Positions 22,936 to 31,523 of a DNA stretch of 36,078 bases are shown here, in pieces. Position numbers and translations under genes: made by a program. How positions within the stretch are numbered: the first letter of the stretch is position 1; each line of letters starts with the position of its first letter. Under the pieces are notes generated by a model. That model saw nothing but the letters and a program-made list of their open reading frames with translations, was not told the origin of the DNA and did not search any database. Source of the stretch: an uncultured Methanobrevibacter sp. (GTDB lineage: Archaea > Methanobacteriota > Methanobacteria > Methanobacteriales > Methanobacteriaceae); the NCBI GenBank assembly GCA_905235495.1, contig CAJOMK010000017.1:1-36078 (forward strand), given 5' to 3'.

Positions 22936-23442
22936 ATGGTAAAAGTAGCTATTTATCCCCCAAATTCATTGGTTTTAGCTGACTTGATTGAGAGGAAAGG
23001 TCACACTCCTTTAGCTCTTCAAAAGCAAATAAGACAAAAGATTAAAGATCCGGAGATTGATTCTCCACCAATGAACATTACAGAAGAAGATCCTATTAAC
23101 GGATTAAAATATGCAGCTATTGAGGTGCCTTCAGGGGTGAGAGGAAGAATGTCAATTATTGGACCTCTTATCGATGTAGCAGAAGCAGCAATCATTGTTG
23201 ATGGTGCTCCATTTGGTTTTGGTTGTGTAGGATGTGCCAGAACAAATGAATTATCTATTTTCTGTTTACGTAAAAAAGACATACCTGTCTTGGAAGTGGT
23301 TTACCCTGATGATGAAGATGGAACAAGACTTATGGTAAATCAAATCATGGAATTCTTAGATTCCTTGCCTGGTGGCGGAGGAGACTTAGAAGGTGACAGT
23401 GATGTTTTAGGTGAACCAATTGCAAATAAAGGAGGAAAATAA
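22936..23442 (+). CDS. mmp5: Methanogenesis marker protein 5
   Basis: [46 protein letters not shown]. Confidence 0.93.
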   Translation: MVKVAIYPPNSLVLADLIERKGHTPLALQKQIRQKIKDPEIDSPPMNITEEDPINGLKYAAIEVPSGVRGRMSIIGPLIDVAEAAIIVDGAPFGFGCVGCARTNELSIFCLRKKDIPVLEVVYPDDEDGTRLMVNQIMEFLDSLPGGGGDLEGDSDVLGEPIANKGGK

Positions 23443-23443
23443 T

Positions 23444-24679
23444 ATGGTACAAATTGCATTGGTTTCTTGCGGTACTGAATATAGTGGTATCCAAAAGGAA
23501 ATCGAAAAGGCAGCTTTAAAATTTGGAGCTGAAATTATTCTTCCTGAAATTGATTTGGATTATATTAATGAAGCTTATGAGAAATTCGGTTTCTCTGCTC
23601 AAAGTTCAAGCTTAAAGCTTATGATTGCAAGAGCAATGTCCATTGTAGAAGGAAAATGCAAACCTGATGCAGTGTTTATTGCTACTTGTTTCAGATGTGC
23701 AGAGGGAGCACTTGTAAGAAATGAAGTAAGACGTTTCATTCAAAACAATACCCGTATTCCAGTAGTAACATATTCCTTTACTGAAAGGACAAAAGCAGAT
23801 GAATTATTCATCCGTATGGAAGCATTGGCTACCACTGTTACCCGTAGAAGCATTCTTGCTCGTGAAAAGCAAGAAGGTCTTACCCTTGGACTTGATTCAG
23901 GTTCAACAACTACAAAAGCGGTGATTATGGAAAATAACAAGGTTATCGGAACTGGTTGGACTTCCACTAAAGATATCATTGCATCTGCTCAAACTGCAGC
24001 TGCAGAAGCATTTGAAGGCACCGGCTACAATTGGGATGATGTTGATGGTATAGGAACTACAGGTTATGGTAGATTTACTATGGGTCAGGAATTCGGAGCA
24101 GAGCTTATTCAAGAGGAATTGTCTGTTAACGCAAAAGGTGCAGTATACTTGGCAGATTGTCAAAAAGGTGAAGCTACCGTACTCGATATCGGTGGTATGG
24201 ACAACAAGGTTATTACTGTAAACAATGGTATTCCTGATAACTTCACTATGGGTGGTATCTGTGCAGGTGCATCCGGAAGATTCCTTGACATGACTTCCCG
24301 TAGATTGGATGTAGACATTACAGAGCTTGGTCCACTTGCAGTGCAAGGGGACTGGAGAAGGGCTATGCTTAACTCCTACTGTATCGTATTCGGTATTCAA
24401 GACTTGGTTACCACTCTTGCAGCTGGTGGATCTAAGGCAGATGTAGCAGCTGCTGCATGTCACTCAGTATCTGAACAGGTATATGAACAGCAATTGCAGG
24501 AAATCGACATTCGTGAACCTTTAATCCAAGTAGGTGGAACCAGTTTGATTTCCGGACTTGTTGAAGCTGTAAGTGAAACTTTAGGTGGAATTGAAGTAAT
24601 TGTGCCAGAATATTCACAACACATTGGTGCTGTAGGTGCAGCATTGCTTGTATCTGGTATGGGAAATAGACATGAATAG
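23444..24679 (+). CDS. mmp15: Methanogenesis marker protein 15 (ASKHA Fe-S ATPase, 2-hydroxyacyl-CoA dehydratase activator-like)
   Basis: [59 protein letters not shown]; GGAGG RBS. Confidence 0.95.
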   Translation: MVQIALVSCGTEYSGIQKEIEKAALKFGAEIILPEIDLDYINEAYEKFGFSAQSSSLKLMIARAMSIVEGKCKPDAVFIATCFRCAEGALVRNEVRRFIQNNTRIPVVTYSFTERTKADELFIRMEALATTVTRRSILAREKQEGLTLGLDSGSTTTKAVIMENNKVIGTGWTSTKDIIASAQTAAAEAFEGTGYNWDDVDGIGTTGYGRFTMGQEFGAELIQEELSVNAKGAVYLADCQKGEATVLDIGGMDNKVITVNNGIPDNFTMGGICAGASGRFLDMTSRRLDVDITELGPLAVQGDWRRAMLNSYCIVFGIQDLVTTLAAGGSKADVAAAACHSVSEQVYEQQLQEIDIREPLIQVGGTSLISGLVEAVSETLGGIEVIVPEYSQHIGAVGAALLVSGMGNRHE

Positions 24680-24729
24680 ATTTAAGCTTAAATCAAGCTT
24701 TTTTCTATTACCTTTAAAGAAGTGATTAT

Positions 24730-25296
24730 ATGTATATTGAATCAAATGACCCTGAAGGAGCAAAAGTCTACGACATGATCATTAGGCAAATCTTGCAGGA
24801 TTTAGTCTTGCCACATTCCATTGATGATATGCGTGCTTATGTCAATCCTGATGAAGTCTGCTTCATCATAGCGATAAAGATGAGAAAGACTTCCAAGCAC
24901 ATTACCTTAAAGGAAGTTGCTAAGGTAAACTATGAAGCAGAGGATGACATCACTGTTGTTTTAATAGATGATGAAAACTATCTTCCAAATATTTTAAGAA
25001 CCCTTTGGAAAACCAATGGTAGAGAAAATGTTCATCAGCCAAGCAGATATGTCATTCACATGAAAGGAGAGCATGATGTATCTGATTTGATTGTAGATGA
25101 CCCTCATGAAAACCTTAAAAGAAGGATTTATGATGCAATATTCAGAATAGTTCCTGAAGGATTCAAGATAATGAAGGATATTTCCCGTGACGATATAGTC
25201 TCTGTTATAGCTACTGATGAATTGATTAAGGATGAATGGGTTGAAAAAGCTGAAGGATATATCGTGGAATTGAACACTCCTAAAACTTGGGATTAA
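24730..25296 (+). CDS. mmp17: Methanogenesis marker protein 17
   Basis: D.EGA.VY..II..ILQD, DENYLP..L..LW...GR.NV.QPSR, RIVPEGF; canonical position after mmp15. Confidence 0.9.
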   Translation: MYIESNDPEGAKVYDMIIRQILQDLVLPHSIDDMRAYVNPDEVCFIIAIKMRKTSKHITLKEVAKVNYEAEDDITVVLIDDENYLPNILRTLWKTNGRENVHQPSRYVIHMKGEHDVSDLIVDDPHENLKRRIYDAIFRIVPEGFKIMKDISRDDIVSVIATDELIKDEWVEKAEGYIVELNTPKTWD

Positions 25297-25313
25297 TTTC
25301 AAATTTTTTAAGG

Positions 25314-25382
25314 AAGATTTAATCTTTTTTCAAGATTTTAAAAGTGATGTGTGTTTTTAAGTCTTTTAAAAGATTCAATCTT
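25314..25382. terminator. Imperfect ~69-bp palindrome downstream of mmp17
   Basis: aagatttaatctttt..aagattttaaaa-loop-tttttaagtctt..aaaagattcaatctt, followed by T-rich tract. Confidence 0.5.
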
Positions 25383-25689
25383 ATTTTCTATTATTTCATA
25401 ATTATTTTTAAGGTTGTTTTAATTTTTTCTTCATTTTTTTTTTTTATCGATTTTTTAAAACGGTTCGTTATTTCAAATAGTTTGTTCGTATGTGTTAGAA
25501 ATAAATAGGAAGCTTTAAATACTATATCATTAATAACAGTAGTTATAAGTTTAGTAAACGAATAAATTTGTAAATTGTAGTGGATTAATTAAAATTTTTA
25601 AAATTAAAATTTGGAGAAAAATTAAGTTAATTAGAATAATTAGATTGATTTGCTGATAAATTAATTAATATGTTGTTTGAGGTAATACT

Positions 25690-26580
25690 ATGACTAAAAA
25701 AGATTTAAATTGTGGAGGAAGTCATAAAGGTGCAAAATTTGCACACATTACAAAAGTGCATCCATGCTATAATGAAAAATTGCATGATAAGGTTGGAAGA
25801 GTTCACGTACCTATTGCTCCTAAATGTAATATTGGATGTAATTTCTGTATAAGATCAATTAATACTGATGAGGACAGACCGGGTGTTGCAGGTTCAATCA
25901 TGGATGCTGATGCTGCAGTGGAACATGTATTGAATGTAACTAAAGACAGTGCAATCACTGTTGTAGGTGTTGCAGGTCCCGGAGATTCATTAGCTAATGA
26001 AGCTACCTTTGAATTCTTTGAAAAAATCAATGAAGTCAAACCTGATTTAATCAAATGTATGAGTACAAATGGTCTTTTGCTTCCAAAATATGCAGAAAGA
26101 ATTGCAGAACTTGGCGTTAATACCGTTACTGTAACAGTTAATGCAGTGGACCCTGAAATCCTAAAGGACATCAATGGATTCATTGTATATGAAGGAAAGG
26201 TTTACAAAGGACTTGAAGCAGCTGAAATTCTCTCTAGAAACCAACTTGAGGGAATCAAGAAGATTACAGATCTTGGTGTAGTTGTTAAAGTAAACATTGT
26301 TCTTATTCCAGGTTTAAATGATGAGCATATTGTGGAAATTGCTAAAACCGTTGAAGAATGTGATGCAGACTTGGTAAATGTTCTTCCACTTATTCCATTG
26401 AATAAGATGGCTGATTATCCAAGACCTGGATGTGGAGAGATTGAAAAGGCACGTAGTGAAGTTGAAGAGTATCTTCCAGTATTCAGAGCATGTACTCAAT
26501 GTAGAGCAGATGCTTATGGAATTCCTGGTAAGAAACATGAAGACCATCACATAGGAAATGCTCCTCAGTCTCACTACTAA
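25690..26580 (+). CDS. nifB: NifB-type radical SAM Fe-S cluster assembly protein (short form, no NifX domain)
   Basis: HPCY, CNIGCNFC (CxxxCxxC), EDRPG, AGPGD, STNG, TVTVNA, CTQCRADA: the NifB motif set. Confidence 0.93.
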   Translation: MTKKDLNCGGSHKGAKFAHITKVHPCYNEKLHDKVGRVHVPIAPKCNIGCNFCIRSINTDEDRPGVAGSIMDADAAVEHVLNVTKDSAITVVGVAGPGDSLANEATFEFFEKINEVKPDLIKCMSTNGLLLPKYAERIAELGVNTVTVTVNAVDPEILKDINGFIVYEGKVYKGLEAAEILSRNQLEGIKKITDLGVVVKVNIVLIPGLNDEHIVEIAKTVEECDADLVNVLPLIPLNKMADYPRPGCGEIEKARSEVEEYLPVFRACTQCRADAYGIPGKKHEDHHIGNAPQSHY

Positions 26581-26745
26581 GTGATTAAATAATTGTTTTT
26601 TTTTTTAATAGGATTTTTTTTCTATCTTACTTTTTTTACTTTTTTTATTTAAATTTTTATGTATAGTTTACTATATGTTAAAATAAGCTTATTCGTTCAT
26701 TTATTTTTTATTTAAGGCTTTAAAAATTCTTTATTTTCCAAAATA

Positions 26746-26753
26746 TTTATATA
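26746..26753 (+). promoter_or_regulatory. TATA box for candidate structured transcript
   Basis: TTTATATA after an A-rich BRE-like stretch, 23 nt upstream of a GNRA hairpin. Confidence 0.5.
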
Positions 26754-26774
26754 CTACTTTTTATATATCACTAA

Positions 26775-27135
26775 TCACAAGGTAACTTGTAAATTCTGTT
26801 GTGAGTATATAGTTAAAACAAGATTTTATATAAATCAACAAAATGTTGGATATGTGGTCATTAGAGAGAGGTGATCACATTTGCAGCATTTTTTCTTTTT
26901 TTTTTAAGTTGCTTCATTCGAGATTCTTCTAATGGGGGTGATTAAATATCCTTGTTAGAAGAAGGAGATTTATATGTTTTTATAGGAACCCTCCTTATTT
27001 TAATCGGATTATTTTTTAAAATCCTTTAGGAGTTAATTTGTAATGGGTTGAAGTTTTTATTAGCTTCTTCGTATGCTCTTTATTAATTTTCTTAATCTGA
27101 TTACCTAGAAGGTGTTCTCAAATTCTCTTTGAACA
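26775..27135 (+). ncRNA. Candidate structured RNA / small-ORF mRNA
   Basis: ACAAG-GTAA-CTTGT (26777-26790); stems 26840-26892 and 26924-26963; AAGGAG/CTCCTT; TAATCGGATT/AATCTGATTA; many pairs are G-U, favouring + strand RNA. Confidence 0.55.
26952..27029 (+). CDS. Candidate 25-aa single-TM peptide MLEEGDLYVFIGTLLILIGLFFKIL
   Basis: TTG start preceded by GGGGGTGAT RBS; uninterrupted hydrophobic core. Confidence 0.45.
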   Translation: MLEEGDLYVFIGTLLILIGLFFKIL

Positions 27136-27243
27136 ATTTTCATAATAACCTATTTATTTAAAAAAGACCAATATTTTATTGTATTTTAACAATTTTTTTA
27201 TTAATCAATTATTTTTATTATTAATTATTTTTCATGTGATATT

Positions 27244-28203
27244 ATGAGAACTTTAGAATGGGGAGACAATAAATTAAAGCTTATAGATCAAACCAAATTG
27301 CCAGATGAATTGACTTATGTCTATTGCAGTACTTATCAAGAAGTTATAGATGCAATCAAGACCATGGTTGTTCGTGGAGCTCCTGCAATAGGTGTTTCAG
27401 CTGCTTTTGGTATGGCGCTTGCACAAATAGCTGGAGAAGATATGGAAAAGGTCGCTGTAGAGATGAAAAATGCAAGGCCAACTGCAGTTAATCTAATGTG
27501 GGCAGTAGATAGGGTCATGAAAGCTGACAATCTGCTTGATGAAGCAATGGTAATGGCTAGTGAAGACATCAACACAAATCTTGCCATTGGTGAATATGGT
27601 GCAGAGCTTATTGATGATGGAGATACAGTATTAACCCATTGTAATGCTGGTGCACTTGCTTGTGTTGACTATGGTACTGCACTTGGTGTTTTCCGTTCAG
27701 CATTCAATCAAGGAAAGGACATTCAAGTCATCTGTGATGAAACCCGTCCAAGAGGACAAGGTGCAAGCTTAAGTGTATGGGAAATGCAACAGGAAGGAAT
27801 TCCTGTAAAGTTGATTCCAGATGTGGCAAGCGGATATCTTATGTCAATAGGAAAAATTGATAAGGTTGTAATTGGTGCAGATAGGGTTGCTTATGATGGT
27901 ATTGCAAATAAGATAGGTTCATTTATGGTAGCTCTTGCTGCTAAAAGATTTGACATTCCATTTTATATTGCAGCTCCATTCAGTACCTTTGATAAGGAGA
28001 TTTCCATCTTTGATACAGTTATTGAAGAACGTGATCCTAACGAAGTAATCTATTATGGTGGTGCAAGAATCTGTCCTGAAGGAACTGAAGTGATTAACCC
28101 TGCTTTTGATATAGTTCCTAAAGACTTGATTACAGGTATCATTACAGAAAAAGGAGTAATTGATTTAAACAATTTAGAAAAAGATTTTAAAGATCTTTTT
28201 TAA
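27244..28203 (+). CDS. mtnA: S-methyl-5-thioribose-1-phosphate isomerase
   Basis: LIDQTKLP, MVVRGAPAIG, RPTAVNL, LTHCNAGALA, DETRP, GADRV, ANKIG, NPAFD. Confidence 0.95.
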   Translation: MRTLEWGDNKLKLIDQTKLPDELTYVYCSTYQEVIDAIKTMVVRGAPAIGVSAAFGMALAQIAGEDMEKVAVEMKNARPTAVNLMWAVDRVMKADNLLDEAMVMASEDINTNLAIGEYGAELIDDGDTVLTHCNAGALACVDYGTALGVFRSAFNQGKDIQVICDETRPRGQGASLSVWEMQQEGIPVKLIPDVASGYLMSIGKIDKVVIGADRVAYDGIANKIGSFMVALAAKRFDIPFYIAAPFSTFDKEISIFDTVIEERDPNEVIYYGGARICPEGTEVINPAFDIVPKDLITGIITEKGVIDLNNLEKDFKDLF

Positions 28204-28225
28204 ATCATTTCTTTTTTTATTTTAA

Positions 28226-28291
28226 TAGATATTTTTATTTTAAATATCTGCTCTTATTTTAAATATCCATTTTTAATTTTAATGGATATTT
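28226..28291. terminator. Twin hairpins plus T-tracts between convergent mtnA and trm5
   Basis: agatattt..aaatatct and aaatatccatt..aatggatattt inverted repeats. Confidence 0.5.
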
Positions 28292-28358
28292 TTTTTTAAA
28301 AAAAAATTAGTTTTTTTTTTAATTTTTTTATCTATTTCAATTTAATTTTTAGCTATTT

Positions 28359-29456
28359 TTATTTCTTTTCAGTTACTTTACAATCAATAGCTACATGCCA
28401 TATTCCAGGACTTGAAGATTTAACTTTACGTGTATTAAGTATCTCAACATCCTTATTTTGCTTTTCACAAGCTATTTGTGCTATTTCTATTCCTTGTGAA
28501 AATCCATCTGAAAATTCGTAGTAATGAATAACTCCACCATCTTTGCATAATGAAACAGCTAAATCAAGGAATTCAGGTGCTAATCCTGGAAGATTCATAA
28601 TAAGCCTATCGAATTTTTTATTCTTCAATTCATTTAATGCAACTTCATTTGTATCCCCGCAAATTGCAGTGATGTGAGCAGCGGGAGCCAACTTATTTAA
28701 CTTGATATTCTCATTTAAGTACTTAATCGCATATTCGTTAATGTCTACAGCAGTTATGTTCACATTCTTTTCATGAGAGATTACAATTGGGAATGGGCCG
28801 ATTCCTGCAAACATGTCAAGAATCTCTTCTCCATCTTCACATGCTTCCTGTACCCTTTTCCTTTCAGTTGCAAGTCTTGGTGAGAAATAAACCTTTTTAA
28901 CATCTAACTTTAATCTTGTACCATGTTCCTTATGGATTGTGATTGGATTGTCTTCTCCAGCGATAAGTTCAAGTTCTCTGACTCTTGTAACGCCCTTAAC
29001 TGCACTTTTTTTCATATAAACAGTTTTTCGTTTGGTAAATTGGATGGTTGCTTCACCAATTTCCTTTTTATGTGCTTCAAGATCTTCAGGAATCTCTACA
29101 ATGACAACATCACCAATAATGTCAAAGGATTTCTTCAATTCTTCAATTTCCTCTTCAGTTAATTTGTCTTTTAGAAGTTCAGTAATGCTTCTTGGAAATC
29201 TTTTTACAGTTTCAAGGTCTTCATCTTGGTTTAAATCGATTATTTCAATTGTATAATCGTCATTTATCTTAATGATTTCTTCTCTGCACTCTTTAATTAC
29301 TTTTGAAAGTGTTTCATCTTCTGTTCCTTCTTTAATTGGAATATGTCCGAAACCATTTTCGACTTTTATCTTATAGTCGAAGTCAATAATCTTATGATTT
29401 AGTACAATTTGTCTTGTTGCCTCTATATTCTGTACTGGAATTTTTATGGTTAACAT
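28359..29456 (-). CDS. trm5: tRNA (guanine37-N1)-methyltransferase, Trm5 family
   Basis: SFDIIGDV, HKEHG, VYFSPRLATER, DMFAGIGPF, DINEYA, MNLP, IHYYEF. Confidence 0.92.
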   Translation of the reverse strand: MLTIKIPVQNIEATRQIVLNHKIIDFDYKIKVENGFGHIPIKEGTEDETLSKVIKECREEIIKINDDYTIEIIDLNQDEDLETVKRFPRSITELLKDKLTEEEIEELKKSFDIIGDVVIVEIPEDLEAHKKEIGEATIQFTKRKTVYMKKSAVKGVTRVRELELIAGEDNPITIHKEHGTRLKLDVKKVYFSPRLATERKRVQEACEDGEEILDMFAGIGPFPIVISHEKNVNITAVDINEYAIKYLNENIKLNKLAPAAHITAICGDTNEVALNELKNKKFDRLIMNLPGLAPEFLDLAVSLCKDGGVIHYYEFSDGFSQGIEIAQIACEKQNKDVEILNTRKVKSSSPGIWHVAIDCKVTEKK

Positions 29457-29772
29457 AGTATCTTTAATTAAATTGATTTAGTGATTGATAATTTTACTAT
29501 ATACTTTATAGGATTATGTTTTTATCAATCGTTATTTCATTTAAATCCATAGTTTTTTCTTATCTGATTTTTGTTATATTGTATTGTCTTATCTTTTGAA
29601 TAAATATTTAATTTTTATTGCTTTTAATATTATCTTATCTTTAAAATCATTTTTTAAAAATCATATATATTATTCTTCAACATTAAATTTATATATAAAA
29701 TTTTAGATTATATAGTATATTAACTTTGTTAACAAATATTTTTTTGATTTCATTATTGATTAGGTGATGATT

Positions 29773-30120
29773 ATGGGTTGTTTTAATGAAACAACTAGTG
29801 TGAAGATAAATAAGGAGAAAAAGGACCTGGCTAAATCAAAGGGATTGAAATTGCAGGATTTGTTGGATCATGCCCTTGATGAGGCTTTGGGATTTAGTTA
29901 TTATCCTATGAGTGATTTACGACTAATGGAAATAGATAATGAAATCGAATCATTGAAGATTCAAAAGGAAAAGGCAATGAAGGATTGTCAGAAGAAGATT
30001 GATATTCTTATCAGTGGTTTGATTGAATTTAAAGAGGAAGAAGCTGCTCAATACGATAGAAAAATTAGGCAGTTGGAATTGGAAAAGGAATATAATAAGC
30101 AAATGTTGTATAAGGACTAA
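29773..30120 (+). CDS. Hypothetical protein: ribbon-helix-helix-like N-terminus plus coiled coil
   Basis: TTSVKINKEKKDLAKSKGLKLQDLLDHALDEALG then heptad-rich C-terminus; AGGTGA RBS. Confidence 0.7.
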   Translation: MGCFNETTSVKINKEKKDLAKSKGLKLQDLLDHALDEALGFSYYPMSDLRLMEIDNEIESLKIQKEKAMKDCQKKIDILISGLIEFKEEEAAQYDRKIRQLELEKEYNKQMLYKD

Positions 30121-30165
30121 GAATTTTTAATTGATTATTTGAATTTTTGATTGATTATTTGAATT
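30121..30165. repeat. 20-bp tandem duplication
   Basis: gaatttttaattgattattt / gaatttttgattgattattt / gaatt. Confidence 0.7.
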
Positions 30166-30219
30166 ATTAAGAGATAATATAAATTATAAAAATTTATTGA
30201 GGTATTAAGGAGATTAAAT

Positions 30220-31366
30220 ATGAAAAATATGGGATTTGGAATGATGAGATTGCCGCAGCTTGATGAAAACGATTATTCAAGTGTGGATTTTAAACAGGTA
30301 AAAAAGATGGTTGACGTTTATATGGAAAATGGATTCAATTACTTTGATACAGCTTATCCATATCATGATGGAGTTAGTGAAGTTGCACTTAGGAAAGCTG
30401 TTGTAGAACGTTATCCAAGAGAATCATTTGTAATTGCAGATAAAATGCCAACTTTTATCATCACTGAAGAATCACAAGTGGAACCAATATTAACAATTGG
30501 AACGTTGTGGTGTAGATTACTTTGATTATTATATGATACATAATGTAAGCAGTTTCTCACAAGCGGGATGGAAATATGTAGACACCTTCGGCTTCTGTAA
30601 AAAGATGAAAGAGGAAGGCAAAATCAAAAAGTTAGGTCTTTCCACTCATGCAAATGCAGAATTCTTGGATAATATATTGAATGAACATCCTGAAATGGAA
30701 TTCGTGCAATTGCAGATTAACTATTTGGATTGGGAAAATGATGGTGTGGAATCAAGAAAATGTGTGGAAGTTGCTCACAAATATGATTTGCCAATCAGTG
30801 TTATGGAACCATTGAAAGGAGGATTTTTAGCTGATCTTCCTGAAGAAGCAGAGAAAAAATTGAAAGAGTATAATCCGGATGAATCTCCAGTTTCATGGGC
30901 ATTACGTTATGTTGCAGGAATCGATGGAGTGTTCATGGTGTTGTCTGGTGCAAGCAGCCTTGAGCAAATGGAAGAGAACATTGGTTTCATGGATGATTAT
31001 AAGCCACTTAATGATGAAGAGCATAAGATCATTGAAGATGTAACTGAAATCATCAACATCAATATTGCAATTCCTTGCACTAAATGTAATTACTGCATTA
31101 GTTCCTGTCCATCAAACATCAGGATTCCTAAATTGTTTGACTTGTATAACAATGAGAAGATTCAAGGTTTGAAGGTTGGTGAATTCACTGCAGTTGGAAA
31201 TGCATATAGAAATTATTCCTGTTTAGATGGTGTGGGAATCGCTTCTGACTGTACTGGCTGTGAATCATGCATGAAGGATTGTCCTCAACAGCTTGACATT
31301 GCAAACTTGATGCCGGAAGTTGCTAAAACCTTTGAAACAGAAGTATATGGATTTACTAAAGATTAA
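30220..31366 (+). pseudogene. Aldo/keto reductase with C-terminal 4Fe-4S domain, one frameshift
   Basis: GFGMMRLP, NYFDTAYPYH, ADKMP; break near 30492; continues QLERCGVDYFDYY...VMEPLKGG...CTKCNYC...CP...CTGCESC...CPQ. Confidence 0.9.
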
Positions 31367-31523
31367 TTAGTTAATTCATTTTTTTATTAAATTTATTCTT
31401 TAGTTTTAATTTAATTCTTTAATTTAATTCTTCAGATTTAATTATTTAGTTTAAAATTTTATTTTAATTTTTATTTTCTAATTTCTTTTTATTTTAAAAT
31501 ATTTTTTATGAATCGGAGTTTTT

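Noticed and set aside
23740-24644. Minus-strand ORFs within mmp15, including the Cys/Ser-rich 186-aa one
   Set aside because: Shadow frames of a conserved gene; no RBS or recognisable motif
25690-26580. Evidence for nitrogen fixation
   Set aside because: nifB alone is insufficient; no structural nitrogenase genes in the window
25555-26699. Inverted t(a/g)aacgaataa motifs flanking nifB as transposon ends
   Set aside because: Only ~11 bp with a mismatch, no target-site duplication or transposase
30480-30500. Programmed frameshift in the aldo/keto reductase
   Set aside because: No slippery heptamer; residues appear deleted relative to the expected IF..QLER pattern, so a deletion is more likely
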